Origin: a virus
DNA: 64,000 bases
Direction: 5' to 3' (one strand)
IMG/VR virus record: IMGVR_UViG_3300042539_000280
Location: 100,393 to 164,392 of that record
Shown: one piece after another, positions 47,749 through 56,362 of the stretch
Numbering within the stretch: the stretch's first letter is position 1
Layout: the number at the start of each line of letters is the position of its first letter
Made by a program: the position numbers and the translations under genes
Notes under the pieces: generated by a model
Told to the model about the DNA's origin: nothing
Database searches by the model: none
What the model saw: only the letters and a program-made list of their open reading frames with translations

Positions 47749-47811
47749 ATTAATTGGCTGGGACTTCACAGAGGTATAGGCTCTCCGTCCCGTAACTTTC
47801 CTATACTGCAT

Positions 47812-47888
47812 TGGTGCGCCTGGCAGGACTCGAACCTGCAAAATCTGGTTTCTAAGACCAGCGCCTTTACCAATTTGACCACAAGCGC
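47812..47888 (-). tRNA. tRNA-Leu(TAG), short variable loop
   Basis: CTGGT-CT-TAG-AA-ACCAG. Confidence 0.85.
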
Positions 47889-47893
47889 ATATA

Positions 47894-47968
47894 TGGTGCG
47901 GAATGATGGAATCGAACCACCGACACCCTGCGTGTAAAACAGGTGTTCTGCCATTGAACTAATCCCGC
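47894..47968 (-). tRNA. tRNA-Val(TAC)
   Basis: anticodon TAC. Confidence 0.9.
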
Positions 47969-47973
47969 ATAAC

Positions 47974-48059
47974 TGGCGGATAAGTGAGGTCTCGATCCCC
48001 AAGCCTCTCGGCTCCTTTCGTTTTCGAAACGAAGGCCAGTCCCACTGACTTACTTATCC
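47974..48059 (-). tRNA. tRNA-Ser(CGA)
   Basis: anticodon CGA, long variable arm, G73. Confidence 0.85.
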
Positions 48060-48065
48060 ATAAAC

Positions 48066-48154
48066 TGGCGGAGTAGTAGGTATCCGACACCTATTCCCTT
48101 TCGGGAACCATCCGCTTTCCAAGCGGTGCAGACTCCTTGCCTGTTACTTACTCC
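48066..48154 (-). tRNA. tRNA-Ser(GGA)
   Basis: anticodon GGA, long variable arm, G73. Confidence 0.8.
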
Positions 48155-48155
48155 G

Positions 48156-48243
48156 TGGCGGAGGGCGACGGTCTCGATCCGCATACCCCTAAGGATACCC
48201 TTGGTTTAGCAAACCAGGACAAGTCCCACCTGCTTCACCCTCC
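48156..48243 (-). tRNA. tRNA-Ser(GCT)
   Basis: anticodon GCT, long variable arm, G73. Confidence 0.85.
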
Positions 48244-48244
48244 G

Positions 48245-48385
48245 TTACATTCCAAACTGTGCCTTTACGGCAGTAACAATTTCATCAATGACGGTGTTGA
48301 TTTCATCGTCCGTCTGTGTAATTCCAAAACGATCTCTTAGAATAGATACAATAGCACTTCTTGTTTCATCTGTCAAGTTAAACAT
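48245..48385 (-). CDS. 46-aa hypothetical protein
   Basis: MFNLTDETRSAIVSILRDRFG...; GAGGAG RBS; contains an embedded TTGACA promoter. Confidence 0.45.
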   Translation of the reverse strand: MFNLTDETRSAIVSILRDRFGITQTDDEINTVIDEIVTAVKAQFGM

Positions 48386-48388
48386 TAT

Positions 48389-49000
48389 TTATCTCCTCAA
48401 AATCTCGGCTCTACTGCCGATAGTTTCATCATAGAATATATTAAACGCTACTGATGTTCTGTTAATGGTAGATTTGTTCTCCGTTACCGAGTGATACAAT
48501 TTACTAGGAAACAGATACAAATCATACTTCTTAGGATTATATATCATGTGTGACCAATTGAATTGGGTACCATTGGTCATACCATCCCTAAAGGTTTCTT
48601 CCATGTATTGTGGTCGGTAGATTAGAAAATCACCACTGTCATCGTCCACATTCATGTAAAGACAACCACTGACTTTACTATTAGGGTGATAGTGTTTATG
48701 ATGACTATCCCCAGGTCTATTCAGGTTCAACCACGAACCTGTTATGCCTAACTTAGGCGACTCGCCTAAAATTTGGGTGCTGTAATGATCAATATATTCC
48801 TGTATGACAGGTTTTAGTTTTAGACCGTTCAACACAGTATAATCTTTACTTATAACATTGATAACATTACCTTCGGTATGACTTGGATCGTTAGCCTTGT
48901 TATCAAGGAACTCAATCTCATTAGTCATTTCTTCATTCAATACTGAACCGAGATTGACTATCATCACCGGTAATGGAAAGATACTATCAACCTTTATCAT
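48389..49000 (-). CDS. 2OG-Fe(II) oxygenase (TIGR02466-like)
   Basis: SWLN...HHKHYHPNS.VSGCLY...LFPSKLYHSV..N...R.SVAFN. Confidence 0.85.
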   Translation of the reverse strand: MIKVDSIFPLPVMIVNLGSVLNEEMTNEIEFLDNKANDPSHTEGNVINVISKDYTVLNGLKLKPVIQEYIDHYSTQILGESPKLGITGSWLNLNRPGDSHHKHYHPNSKVSGCLYMNVDDDSGDFLIYRPQYMEETFRDGMTNGTQFNWSHMIYNPKKYDLYLFPSKLYHSVTENKSTINRTSVAFNIFYDETIGSRAEILRR

Positions 49001-49133
49001 TACTGACTTAGTAGAATGTTAATATCGCTTACAATAAATCCTACTGTAATAGCGATAGCAAAGAAAATGACCAGGCGAAAGATGGCCTGATATTTTAGTT
49101 GTTCTCTATCCATATATATTACCTCTCACGAAA

Positions 49134-49211
49134 TGGTCTAGGTGGAGGGATTCGAACCCCCGTTATTCTTCGTCCCAAACGAAGTGCCATACCAGGCTAG
49201 GCGACACCTAG
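49134..49211 (-). tRNA. tRNA-Pro(TGG)
   Basis: CTTCG-TT-TGG-GA-CGAAG. Confidence 0.9.
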
Positions 49212-49218
49212 ATAAAAC

Positions 49219-49292
49219 TGGCGAAGGTACCAAGAGTCGAACTTGGGCTTGCGGTTTTGGAGACCGCCGTGCTACCGTAACACTTTACCAAC
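49219..49292 (-). tRNA. tRNA-Trp(CCA)
   Basis: anticodon CCA; two mismatches in acceptor stem. Confidence 0.75.
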
Positions 49293-49294
49293 AT

Positions 49295-49369
49295 TGGGTG
49301 CGGACCCATGAGTCGAACATGGCTCTCTTGCTTATGAGACAAGAATGGTCACCGGACCACCTGACCGCA
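49295..49369 (-). tRNA. tRNA-CAT (Met/Ile2), atypical
   Basis: CTTGT-CT-CAT-AA-GCAAG; C discriminator. Confidence 0.65.
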
Positions 49370-49376
49370 ATAACTC

Positions 49377-49451
49377 TGGTGCTGGAAGTTGGAATCAAAC
49401 CAACCTTTAAGGCCTTATGAGGACCCTTCGACATCTTGCCGACCTACCAGC
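49377..49451 (-). tRNA. tRNA-CAT (Met/Ile2), atypical
   Basis: GGGTC-CT-CAT-AA-GGCCT; T-loop TTTGATT. Confidence 0.65.
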
Positions 49452-49511
49452 ATATTGATGGGCGGGTGTGGCTGACACCCTTTAAATGCACCCGCTAGAT
49501 GCTACCCATAT

Positions 49512-49588
49512 TGGCGTTCCCGGAAGGACTCAAACCCTCAACCTCTGGTTTCGTAGACCAGCGTTCTATTCAGTTGAACTACGGAAAC
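49512..49588 (-). tRNA. tRNA-Arg(ACG)
   Basis: CTGGT-CT-ACG-AA-ACCAG. Confidence 0.88.
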
Positions 49589-49597
49589 ATACTAAAC

Positions 49598-49671
49598 TGG
49601 AGCGGGTAGGTGGTACTGACCCACCTTCTACACGTTGGCAACGTGTCATAATACCTTTATACTATACCCGC
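49598..49671 (-). tRNA. tRNA-Gly(GCC)
   Basis: anticodon GCC, U73; atypical T-loop GTCAGTA. Confidence 0.8.
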
Positions 49672-49675
49672 ATAT

Positions 49676-49751
49676 TGGAGGATCCGGTCGGGCTCGAACC
49701 GACAACCGTAGGATTAAAAGTCCTCTGCACCACCTATTGTGCTACGGATCC
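49676..49751 (-). tRNA. tRNA-Lys(TTT)
   Basis: anticodon TTT. Confidence 0.88.
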
Positions 49752-49756
49752 ATAAT

Positions 49757-49832
49757 TGGTGAACCTGGAAGGAATCGAACCTTCAACACACGGATTAAGA
49801 GTCCGCTACTCTACCAATTGAGTTACAGGTCC
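49757..49832 (-). tRNA. tRNA-Lys(CTT)
   Basis: anticodon CTT. Confidence 0.9.
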
Positions 49833-49837
49833 ATAAT

Positions 49838-49912
49838 TGGTGACCCCTAGCGGAATCGAACCGCTCTACCAAGATTGAAAGTCTTGTGTCCTAACCGATA
49901 GACGAAGGGGCC
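49838..49912 (-). tRNA. tRNA-Glu(TTC)
   Basis: CAAGA-CT-TTC-AA-TCTTG. Confidence 0.9.
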
Positions 49913-49916
49913 GTAT

Positions 49917-49991
49917 TGGCTGGAATGGCAGGATTCGAACCTGCGACCAAGTGATTAACAGTCACCTGCGCTACCGCTGCGCCACATTCCA
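49917..49991 (-). tRNA. tRNA-Asn(GTT)
   Basis: anticodon GTT, U1:A72, G73. Confidence 0.9.
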
Positions 49992-50012
49992 ATATAAATG
50001 TATTAATAGTAA

Positions 50013-50087
50013 TGGAGGGCCGTCCCGGAATTGAACCGAGTTCTCAAGGATTTGCAGTCCCGTGCCTTACCGTCCGACTCACGGCCC
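50013..50087 (-). tRNA. tRNA-Cys(GCA)
   Basis: anticodon GCA, U73. Confidence 0.88.
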
Positions 50088-50124
50088 TTACTATAACCAT
50101 ATTCAATTGTCAAACAGCATACAA

Positions 50125-50322
50125 CTAGGCAATCTTATACTCTTTATACTTGCGCTGAATGGACACAGTGCCATGCGCTTTCAATCGAGCATAATCTCGG
50201 AATGCCGAGCCGTCTTTATCGTGGTACTCTTTGCGATAGTTTGGACGACCGTTACGGTCACAAGCCTCAACTATCCAAAAGTAATCTCGTTTTATGTTTT
50301 CATCCTTCATGTCGTCTCTCAC
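50125..50322 (-). CDS. hypothetical protein
   Basis: short ORF under its own promoter cassette. Confidence 0.5.
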   Translation of the reverse strand: MRDDMKDENIKRDYFWIVEACDRNGRPNYRKEYHDKDGSAFRDYARLKAHGTVSIQRKYKEYKIA

Positions 50323-50335
50323 TCAACAGTTGCAT

Positions 50336-50436
50336 ACTATATAGGCGCCAGATGGCAAAGTCAAGAACTTTTTTCACTTTTTTCTGCGACATTTTGACGC
50401 ACCCTTAGTCTATTGATTAGATAGACTGTTTACATT
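50336..50436 (-). promoter_or_regulatory. promoter/operator cassette copy 5
   Basis: TTGACT-17-TATAGT; TGCGACAtttTGACGCACCCTTAGTCTAT at 50385-50413. Confidence 0.75.
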
Positions 50437-50438
50437 CG

Positions 50439-50514
50439 TGGTAGAGGTGGAGGGATTCGAACCCCCGGTAGAACCGTTATGAGCGGCTGGCCTTAACCAC
50501 TTGGCTACACCTCT
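50439..50514 (-). tRNA. tRNA-CAT (Met/Ile2)
   Basis: AGCCG-CT-CAT-AA-CGGTT, canonical cloverleaf. Confidence 0.88.
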
Positions 50515-50520
50515 ATGTAA

Positions 50521-50597
50521 TGGCGGTCCCAATAGGATTCGAACCTATAACCTGCCGCTTAGAAGGCGGCTGCACTATCCTGTTGTGCTATGGAACC
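50521..50597 (-). tRNA. tRNA-Arg(TCT)
   Basis: GCCGC-CT-TCT-AA-GCGGC; TTGACA-17-TATACT promoter just upstream. Confidence 0.9.
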
Positions 50598-50663
50598 AAT
50601 CTTTCCTGATTGTCTGATTAGTATATAGGCACCGGATCATAATGTCAAGCATTATTTTAGGAA

Positions 50664-50912
50664 TTATTCCGAAAACTCCATAGCGAATGCCTGGTTTATA
50701 TCAGGTTTTGGGGCCCTTGTCAACATAAAAGATGGTGTGAATCCGTCAAATCCGCCACCTCTTTCAAGTCGGTTTGTTTCCAATACGGCATCTTCCTCGA
50801 AAAGGAATGTGGCGATAACTTGTTCTGTGGCAGTTTCATAGACATGCCACTCCAAACAATCGTATTCATCAAACTCTGGATAATATGTATATTTCATTTT
50901 AGACCCTATCAA
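50664..50912 (-). CDS. T4-like conserved hypothetical protein
   Basis: VYE..T.QVI..F...GGGFDGFTP.F. Confidence 0.65.
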   Translation of the reverse strand: MIGSKMKYTYYPEFDEYDCLEWHVYETATEQVIATFLFEEDAVLETNRLERGGGFDGFTPSFMLTRAPKPDINQAFAMEFSE

Positions 50913-51402
50913 AGAATATTTGAATTGATGTTCTAACGGGGCTATGACTAGACAAAGCCGATACCGAATGTTCTACATTACCTTCATGGTAAATTGCTAA
51001 ATTTTTTCTAGGAACTAAACCTTTTATTGTGTTGTTATCATTATAAAGATACAGACCTCCATGATTTTTATTCCATCCATCTAATAGATAGATCGTCATG
51101 GCACCTCTATACTTTGTATCATCATGCCAAGGTATGTGAGATCCTGGAGTGAAATAATAAAAAGACATTAATGATATTTCATTATATCTTACATGTTTCT
51201 GTAAAGTATCTTCAATTCTTTTTCTTAGATCATTCTTGTCTATATCATGTATCAATATGAGACTGCTATCCTGAATAATATATTCCGGCCAAAATTGATT
51301 TGTAGAAAATTTCACATATTGACTACCCCATAATTGATAAGAATATTCTGCACAGTCATAAAACAAATCTTCATCTAAAAAGTTTTCATATTGAGTAATC
51401 AT
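50899..51402 (-). CDS. 2OG-Fe(II) oxygenase
   Basis: WHDD, TIYL..W...GG, HSVS, R.SIQIF. Confidence 0.8.
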   Translation of the reverse strand: MITQYENFLDEDLFYDCAEYSYQLWGSQYVKFSTNQFWPEYIIQDSSLILIHDIDKNDLRKRIEDTLQKHVRYNEISLMSFYYFTPGSHIPWHDDTKYRGAMTIYLLDGWNKNHGGLYLYNDNNTIKGLVPRKNLAIYHEGNVEHSVSALSSHSPVRTSIQIFFDRV

Positions 51403-52775
51403 ACTTTGAGTCCTTTGAACTTGCTTTTACCACCATCAAACTTTCTCGGAATCGGTTCTGGTTCAGGTTGTCCTGAATCCGCCAAGTCTTGTGCAGATTG
51501 TTCAACATCATACAACTTCATTTTAGACCTGTCAACCCCGATAACAAATCTTTTATAAAGACCTGGGTCACCATAGCGGTTTTTCAACTGTTTCACCTGG
51601 ATCTGTTTCAACTGCTCCATGGTTTCATTCGTGATAAGTGCCACGAAGAAGTCGGCAGTGGCCGGTAGACCAAACGACTCGGAGGTATCAGTCATATCAG
51701 GATCAGATGAACCATAACCACCTCTGGTCAACTGTGTAGCAGACCAGACAGGCACATTGAACTCAACCGCAAGACCTCTAAGTTCCTCGGCGATTGCCTT
51801 GATATATGTATAACTATTGGCCACACCTGCCTTCACACGGGAGGAGGAACAGATGTTTAGATAGTCGATCATAATGGCATCAGGAACAAAGTTCTTCTTG
51901 AGGTTCAATTCATTCAACAATGCTCTAAAGTGGTTCGTGGATGCTGTGGAGGTGGCATACTCTTTCACAATCAACTTACCATGTGTTTTCTCTTTCAACT
52001 TATCAATCTTGTTCTTATACACGTCCTTAGGAAGGAGCATAAGGTCATCAAGTGTAATGTTTAGGAGATTGGCGTCGATACGTTCTGCCACTCGTTCCTC
52101 AGACAACTCTAAAGTAATGTAAAGAACGTTTTTACCTTGATTAAGGTAAGAAGAAGCAAGATGGCAAAGAGTAAGTGATTTACCAACACCGACGCCAGCC
52201 ATAACGATATTGAGAGTCTTTTTCGGGACTCCATTCTTGGTAATCTTGTTAAAGAACTCCAGATCAAACGGTAGTCTTTCTTCAACTCTGTGATAATACT
52301 CATATCTATCCTCTGCTTGTTCTAAATAATCGTGACCAACATTCGGGTCAAAAGATATAGCCAGAGCGTCAGACAACAAAGTAGGTATAGCGCCCTTAGT
52401 GAGTCTCCCCTTCCCATTCATAATCTCCAATGATTCGGTAATAGCATTATAGATTGCACGTTCCTGACAAAACTTCTCGGTGTTCTCCACCAACCAATCT
52501 TCATTGGTCTCGGTCGTGTCAGCAGTAAGTTCTTTGATTGTTTCTTTGATATTCTTGATAGTATCGTCGGTAGATCCACGAATGTTATCTACCTCAATCT
52601 CCAAGGCATCGATAGTTGGTTGCTGATTATATTTCAGAACAAAACCAGCCACTTCTTGGAAAAGCAGCCGGTCTTCCTGGTTCGGAAAGTAATCAGGTTT
52701 TAGAAACGGTAGGACCTTACGAGTGAACTTCTCGTTCTTGATCAGGTTCTTTAGTATCGTTTGTTCTAGTCTCAT
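51399..52775 (-). CDS. gp41: replicative DNA helicase (T4 gp41-like)
   Basis: AGVGVGKS, ITLEL, IDYLNIC, IAEELRGLA, SESFGLPATAD, QLKNRY. Confidence 0.93.
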   Translation of the reverse strand: MRLEQTILKNLIKNEKFTRKVLPFLKPDYFPNQEDRLLFQEVAGFVLKYNQQPTIDALEIEVDNIRGSTDDTIKNIKETIKELTADTTETNEDWLVENTEKFCQERAIYNAITESLEIMNGKGRLTKGAIPTLLSDALAISFDPNVGHDYLEQAEDRYEYYHRVEERLPFDLEFFNKITKNGVPKKTLNIVMAGVGVGKSLTLCHLASSYLNQGKNVLYITLELSEERVAERIDANLLNITLDDLMLLPKDVYKNKIDKLKEKTHGKLIVKEYATSTASTNHFRALLNELNLKKNFVPDAIMIDYLNICSSSRVKAGVANSYTYIKAIAEELRGLAVEFNVPVWSATQLTRGGYGSSDPDMTDTSESFGLPATADFFVALITNETMEQLKQIQVKQLKNRYGDPGLYKRFVIGVDRSKMKLYDVEQSAQDLADSGQPEPEPIPRKFDGGKSKFKGLKV

Positions 52776-52788
52776 GTAAGTCCTTGTT

Positions 52789-53415
52789 TCACGGCCGGTC
52801 AGCATCCAAAAATATATTACCTGATATGCTTATCCTTTCTTCATCCGTTGAGCAGAAAGGATAAACACAATGTAGCAATTTGGATGGAAAGAGTATTATA
52901 ACACCTTCATATTCTTTTGTCAAATCAAATCTTTGAGACCATAAACTTCCTAGAGTAGTTGGGTAAGTAAATTCAAATTGACCAGAATAAGTCGTTGCCA
53001 TTTCACCCATTCTTCCATATTCCTTTTCAAGGCCGTAAGGTATCTTGACCCAAATGGTATATGAATAGACACCTTGATGCACATGGTTAGGAATGAATTG
53101 GCCTTTTTTCTGTATATTGAACCATGGATCCCCCGCTGTAAACGGGAGATTCTTTGATAGAATATCGACATATCTTATATAATCGAAACTTTCATTATAT
53201 TCTTTGACCAGAGATAACACATAATCTTGTAATGCTTTTTTATCCTTGATCCAGAAATGTTTAGTTACACCCATAGATGATAGACCAGTGGTCATAACAT
53301 CTTCGGACTCTCTCCATTCTAAACATTCTTTTTTTAGATTATTGAAAAGTTCATCAGGCACATTCTTCTTTAAATAACCAATGTTGGGTAATGCAACTGC
53401 ACCCTCATTTTTCAT
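52789..53415 (-). CDS. 2OG-Fe(II) oxygenase-like protein
   Basis: WFN.Q...PNHVH.G.YS...LFPSKL.HCVYPF...RISISGN. Confidence 0.8.
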   Translation of the reverse strand: MKNEGAVALPNIGYLKKNVPDELFNNLKKECLEWRESEDVMTTGLSSMGVTKHFWIKDKKALQDYVLSLVKEYNESFDYIRYVDILSKNLPFTAGDPWFNIQKKGQFIPNHVHQGVYSYTIWVKIPYGLEKEYGRMGEMATTYSGQFEFTYPTTLGSLWSQRFDLTKEYEGVIILFPSKLLHCVYPFCSTDEERISISGNIFLDADRP

Positions 53416-53722
53416 CACCACTCTCCGAGTTAGCCTCGGCTTCTGACGCATCCAATAGTAGGGCATTTAGAATCAGTCCAAGAACCTCGTTGAATCTCTG
53501 GTTTTTCCGTAGTGTCACCATAGATAAATCATTTGTCTTATCTATTTCATAATCATATAACATTCTTGGGATGTTGTCCTCACCCATCTTGAATGTCACT
53601 TGGGTATAATGATACACCACTCCGGCGAACGGGTCAAGATTCAATTCTATTGGAACTGTAGTTCCATCTTTCTTAGAATCGAACAAGTCATCCCGAAATA
53701 CATAATCAATTCCTAGTTCCAT
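53405..53722 (-). CDS. gp40-like head assembly chaperone
   Basis: position between uvsX and 41; F.GV.Y.Y..V motif. Confidence 0.5.
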   Translation of the reverse strand: MELGIDYVFRDDLFDSKKDGTTVPIELNLDPFAGVVYHYTQVTFKMGEDNIPRMLYDYEIDKTNDLSMVTLRKNQRFNEVLGLILNALLLDASEAEANSESGDEK

Positions 53723-54365
53723 TAATATCCTCCATTCTTCTTCTTACTACTATTACATCATTTGCATGGTTAGCATTTAAACCATTTAGATCGACAAAGT
53801 GTAGGAAAACTTGTGCTTGCCAAAGTCCTTCTTCATATTTTTTTCGACCATGAGCAACTTCCATACCTTTGTATAGAATGGCATCTCCTATTCCTATTTC
53901 GATTTTTTGTAAATGTGAAGGATCATAATCTTCTATTTTCTCCCCGAAATATTCTATCCCATCTACAAAAGAAATATGAGGTTTGGTGTGTTCTACATCC
54001 ATAAAACAAAAAGGCCATATGGATTCTCCACCATACCCCAACGTAATTGATACTGATACTTCACAAGAAGTTCTATCTGTGTGGATTTCAAGTTCATCGC
54101 CATGTTTATAAATTCTGGCATAAGAATATGTTTGAGATAGTTTTTTGTCTAAAATTTTTTCTAAAGTAGGTCTTATTTTTTCACATAGGTAGTTCAATTC
54201 GCCTTTCGAAAATGAAATTTCATATCCCATACCATCAGTTACATGTTGTCCATTTTCTTTGGAAATGAAAAGTTTTAGTAATGCCTGTTCACTTTCTTCT
54301 TTTGACAATAAGTTTCCAATATACAAACAACCTACTTTGTCAAAAATTTCAGAGTATTCATTCAA
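53706..54365 (-). CDS. 2OG-Fe(II) oxygenase-like protein
   Basis: [27 protein letters not shown]...H.R, QVFLH. Confidence 0.8.
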   Translation of the reverse strand: MNEYSEIFDKVGCLYIGNLLSKEESEQALLKLFISKENGQHVTDGMGYEISFSKGELNYLCEKIRPTLEKILDKKLSQTYSYARIYKHGDELEIHTDRTSCEVSVSITLGYGGESIWPFCFMDVEHTKPHISFVDGIEYFGEKIEDYDPSHLQKIEIGIGDAILYKGMEVAHGRKKYEEGLWQAQVFLHFVDLNGLNANHANDVIVVRRRMEDINGTRN

Positions 54366-55398
54366 CTTCCTCCTCCGTCACATTCATTGATCCATATAGG
54401 AACTCGGCCTTACAAAAATCGTCAATCACATCCAAGGTGGCCTGGTCGAAATACTTTTCAGGATTGGCCTCAATCTGTGATTCAAATGCCTTAGAACCAT
54501 CTGGCAATTCAATACGGGTAGATACCTTTTTGAATACACCAAACTTGATGGCAAGGTCTAGCAGGCCATAATACTTATCCAGTCCGTGGGCATAGTTAAG
54601 TCGGGTCTCTACCTTCTTGTTCTCAATGGTCATACGAGACTTCTTGAGCAATGCGGTGATGATAGCACCAGAGATAGAACCATCTTTATCTTTGTCCTTC
54701 TTCTTGGACAGGAAGATGATTGTAGAAGCAGCATATTCAAGACCTGAACCACCACCCATCTTCTTCATTGGTACATATGATCCAACGACATCATAGACAT
54801 GGTTAGTGACGATCAATGGAACTTTGGCCTTACCAAGTTTCAGAGTCAATACACGGAACGCACCACGCACCAACTGGGCACGGGTCATGTCTCGGGTATC
54901 TTTACCGTCGGCAATATCTTGCATTTCTTTGTCGGTTGATAGATTGCCTAGTGAGTCGAGAACAAACACCATTGGAGGCTTCTCCTTACCCTCTAGGTAC
55001 TTGTCTAGGATCTTTACTGCCTGTGTGCGAAACTCTTGGACAGTAGCCACAGGAACAATGCCAACACGCTTTGCGTCAATGCCACGATCAGCAACGAATT
55101 GTTTGGAGATAGCGGACTCTGACTCAAAGTAAAATACAAATCCATCTGGGTTATCCTCTAGGAACTGTTTGACCACATTGAGGGCATAGAAAGTCTTACC
55201 AACGGAAGGTTCACCAGCAAATGCTGTAACCTTGTTCTGTGGTAGACCACCATAGATTGACCCTGATAGTAGGGCATTCATGGCATAGTTACCAGTACCA
55301 ATGTAACCGGTAACGTCACCTGCTGCTACACCGTCATCGACGATGCCTGCATATTCATTATCTGTTTCTGCTAATAGTTGATTGAAAATATCTGACAT
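54358..55398 (-). CDS. uvsX: RecA-like recombinase UvsX
   Basis: [33 protein letters not shown]. Confidence 0.93.
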   Translation of the reverse strand: MSDIFNQLLAETDNEYAGIVDDGVAAGDVTGYIGTGNYAMNALLSGSIYGGLPQNKVTAFAGEPSVGKTFYALNVVKQFLEDNPDGFVFYFESESAISKQFVADRGIDAKRVGIVPVATVQEFRTQAVKILDKYLEGKEKPPMVFVLDSLGNLSTDKEMQDIADGKDTRDMTRAQLVRGAFRVLTLKLGKAKVPLIVTNHVYDVVGSYVPMKKMGGGSGLEYAASTIIFLSKKKDKDKDGSISGAIITALLKKSRMTIENKKVETRLNYAHGLDKYYGLLDLAIKFGVFKKVSTRIELPDGSKAFESQIEANPEKYFDQATLDVIDDFCKAEFLYGSMNVTEEEVE

Positions 55399-55425
55399 AA
55401 GATTCTCCTTTCGTCAGTTTAGTTT

Positions 55426-56178
55426 TTATTCACCTTTTTGAAAGTCGAAAGAATCTAAATCTATATTTTTTAGTTCTCGGAAATCTTCTTTCAAAAATTC
55501 TTTAAAAGATTCAAATTTTGTGTCCATATTCTCTTTGAGATATGATATATTATCTTTACCCCATATTCCTGTATGATAATGCTTTGTGTATAAATTATCA
55601 GAATATGTCTCAAATGGAGGGTTATAAAGATCAAGAGGCAATGCCTTATATCTTCTTCTTGTCACTTGTGATACGAAACTTAGTTTCAATGGTCCACATA
55701 TGTCCATGCAGTAGGCATTTTGATCCATACCTTCTTCAAATTCATAGAACTCTCTTTCGATATGCACCATGTATTCGAACCAAAACGGCGAACCTTTTTT
55801 GGATGCCATCAAACAATTTTGATATACTTCATTCAAAATCGGTGATTCAACCAGGCACAGATCGTCGTCTTTAATTTCATCATAAAAGTTTTTGTAACAG
55901 TATAGATCCAGATCGGCATATATTCCACCATAATAATGTAGAATACAACATCTGGCAAAGTCCAATCGATTTATATGAAATTTAAAAGACTTATACAGGT
56001 TAGAAAAGTCATTATAATGTTTTTCAACTAACTTGTCAATACTATTATCATCCCAAAGCATATGTTTATACTCTGGTTCTGGAAAGTTTTTTAACCAGGT
56101 TTCTCTACACTTGTCCCATAAAGGATGCCAATCGTCCTTATTCTTAGGAGCCTGATGATGAATTATTTTAGGTATCAT
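55426..56178 (-). CDS. glycosyltransferase GT32
   Basis: MIPKIIH, DFAR..ILHYYGGIYADLD. Confidence 0.85.
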   Translation of the reverse strand: MIPKIIHHQAPKNKDDWHPLWDKCRETWLKNFPEPEYKHMLWDDNSIDKLVEKHYNDFSNLYKSFKFHINRLDFARCCILHYYGGIYADLDLYCYKNFYDEIKDDDLCLVESPILNEVYQNCLMASKKGSPFWFEYMVHIEREFYEFEEGMDQNAYCMDICGPLKLSFVSQVTRRRYKALPLDLYNPPFETYSDNLYTKHYHTGIWGKDNISYLKENMDTKFESFKEFLKEDFRELKNIDLDSFDFQKGE

Positions 56179-56362
56179 GCAACTTCCTTAAAGTGTTTCT
56201 GTAGTTCCGGTGATAGTTTCTTTAGAAGATCACCACCGACCCCAACTCGAACCAGTGTGGCTAGTTCGACTACGTTGTTGGGTGTAATTGTTCCTTCGTC
56301 TGGCACAAACTCATAAAGACGGGCGGGTGAATGTTTTAGATGCTTATCTTCTGTCTTTTTAC

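Noticed and set aside
46932-50397. Short ORFs of the six-frame track within the tRNA array (e.g. 46932..47180, 47546..47743, 49142..49420)
   Set aside because: They are translations of tRNA genes or their antisense strand
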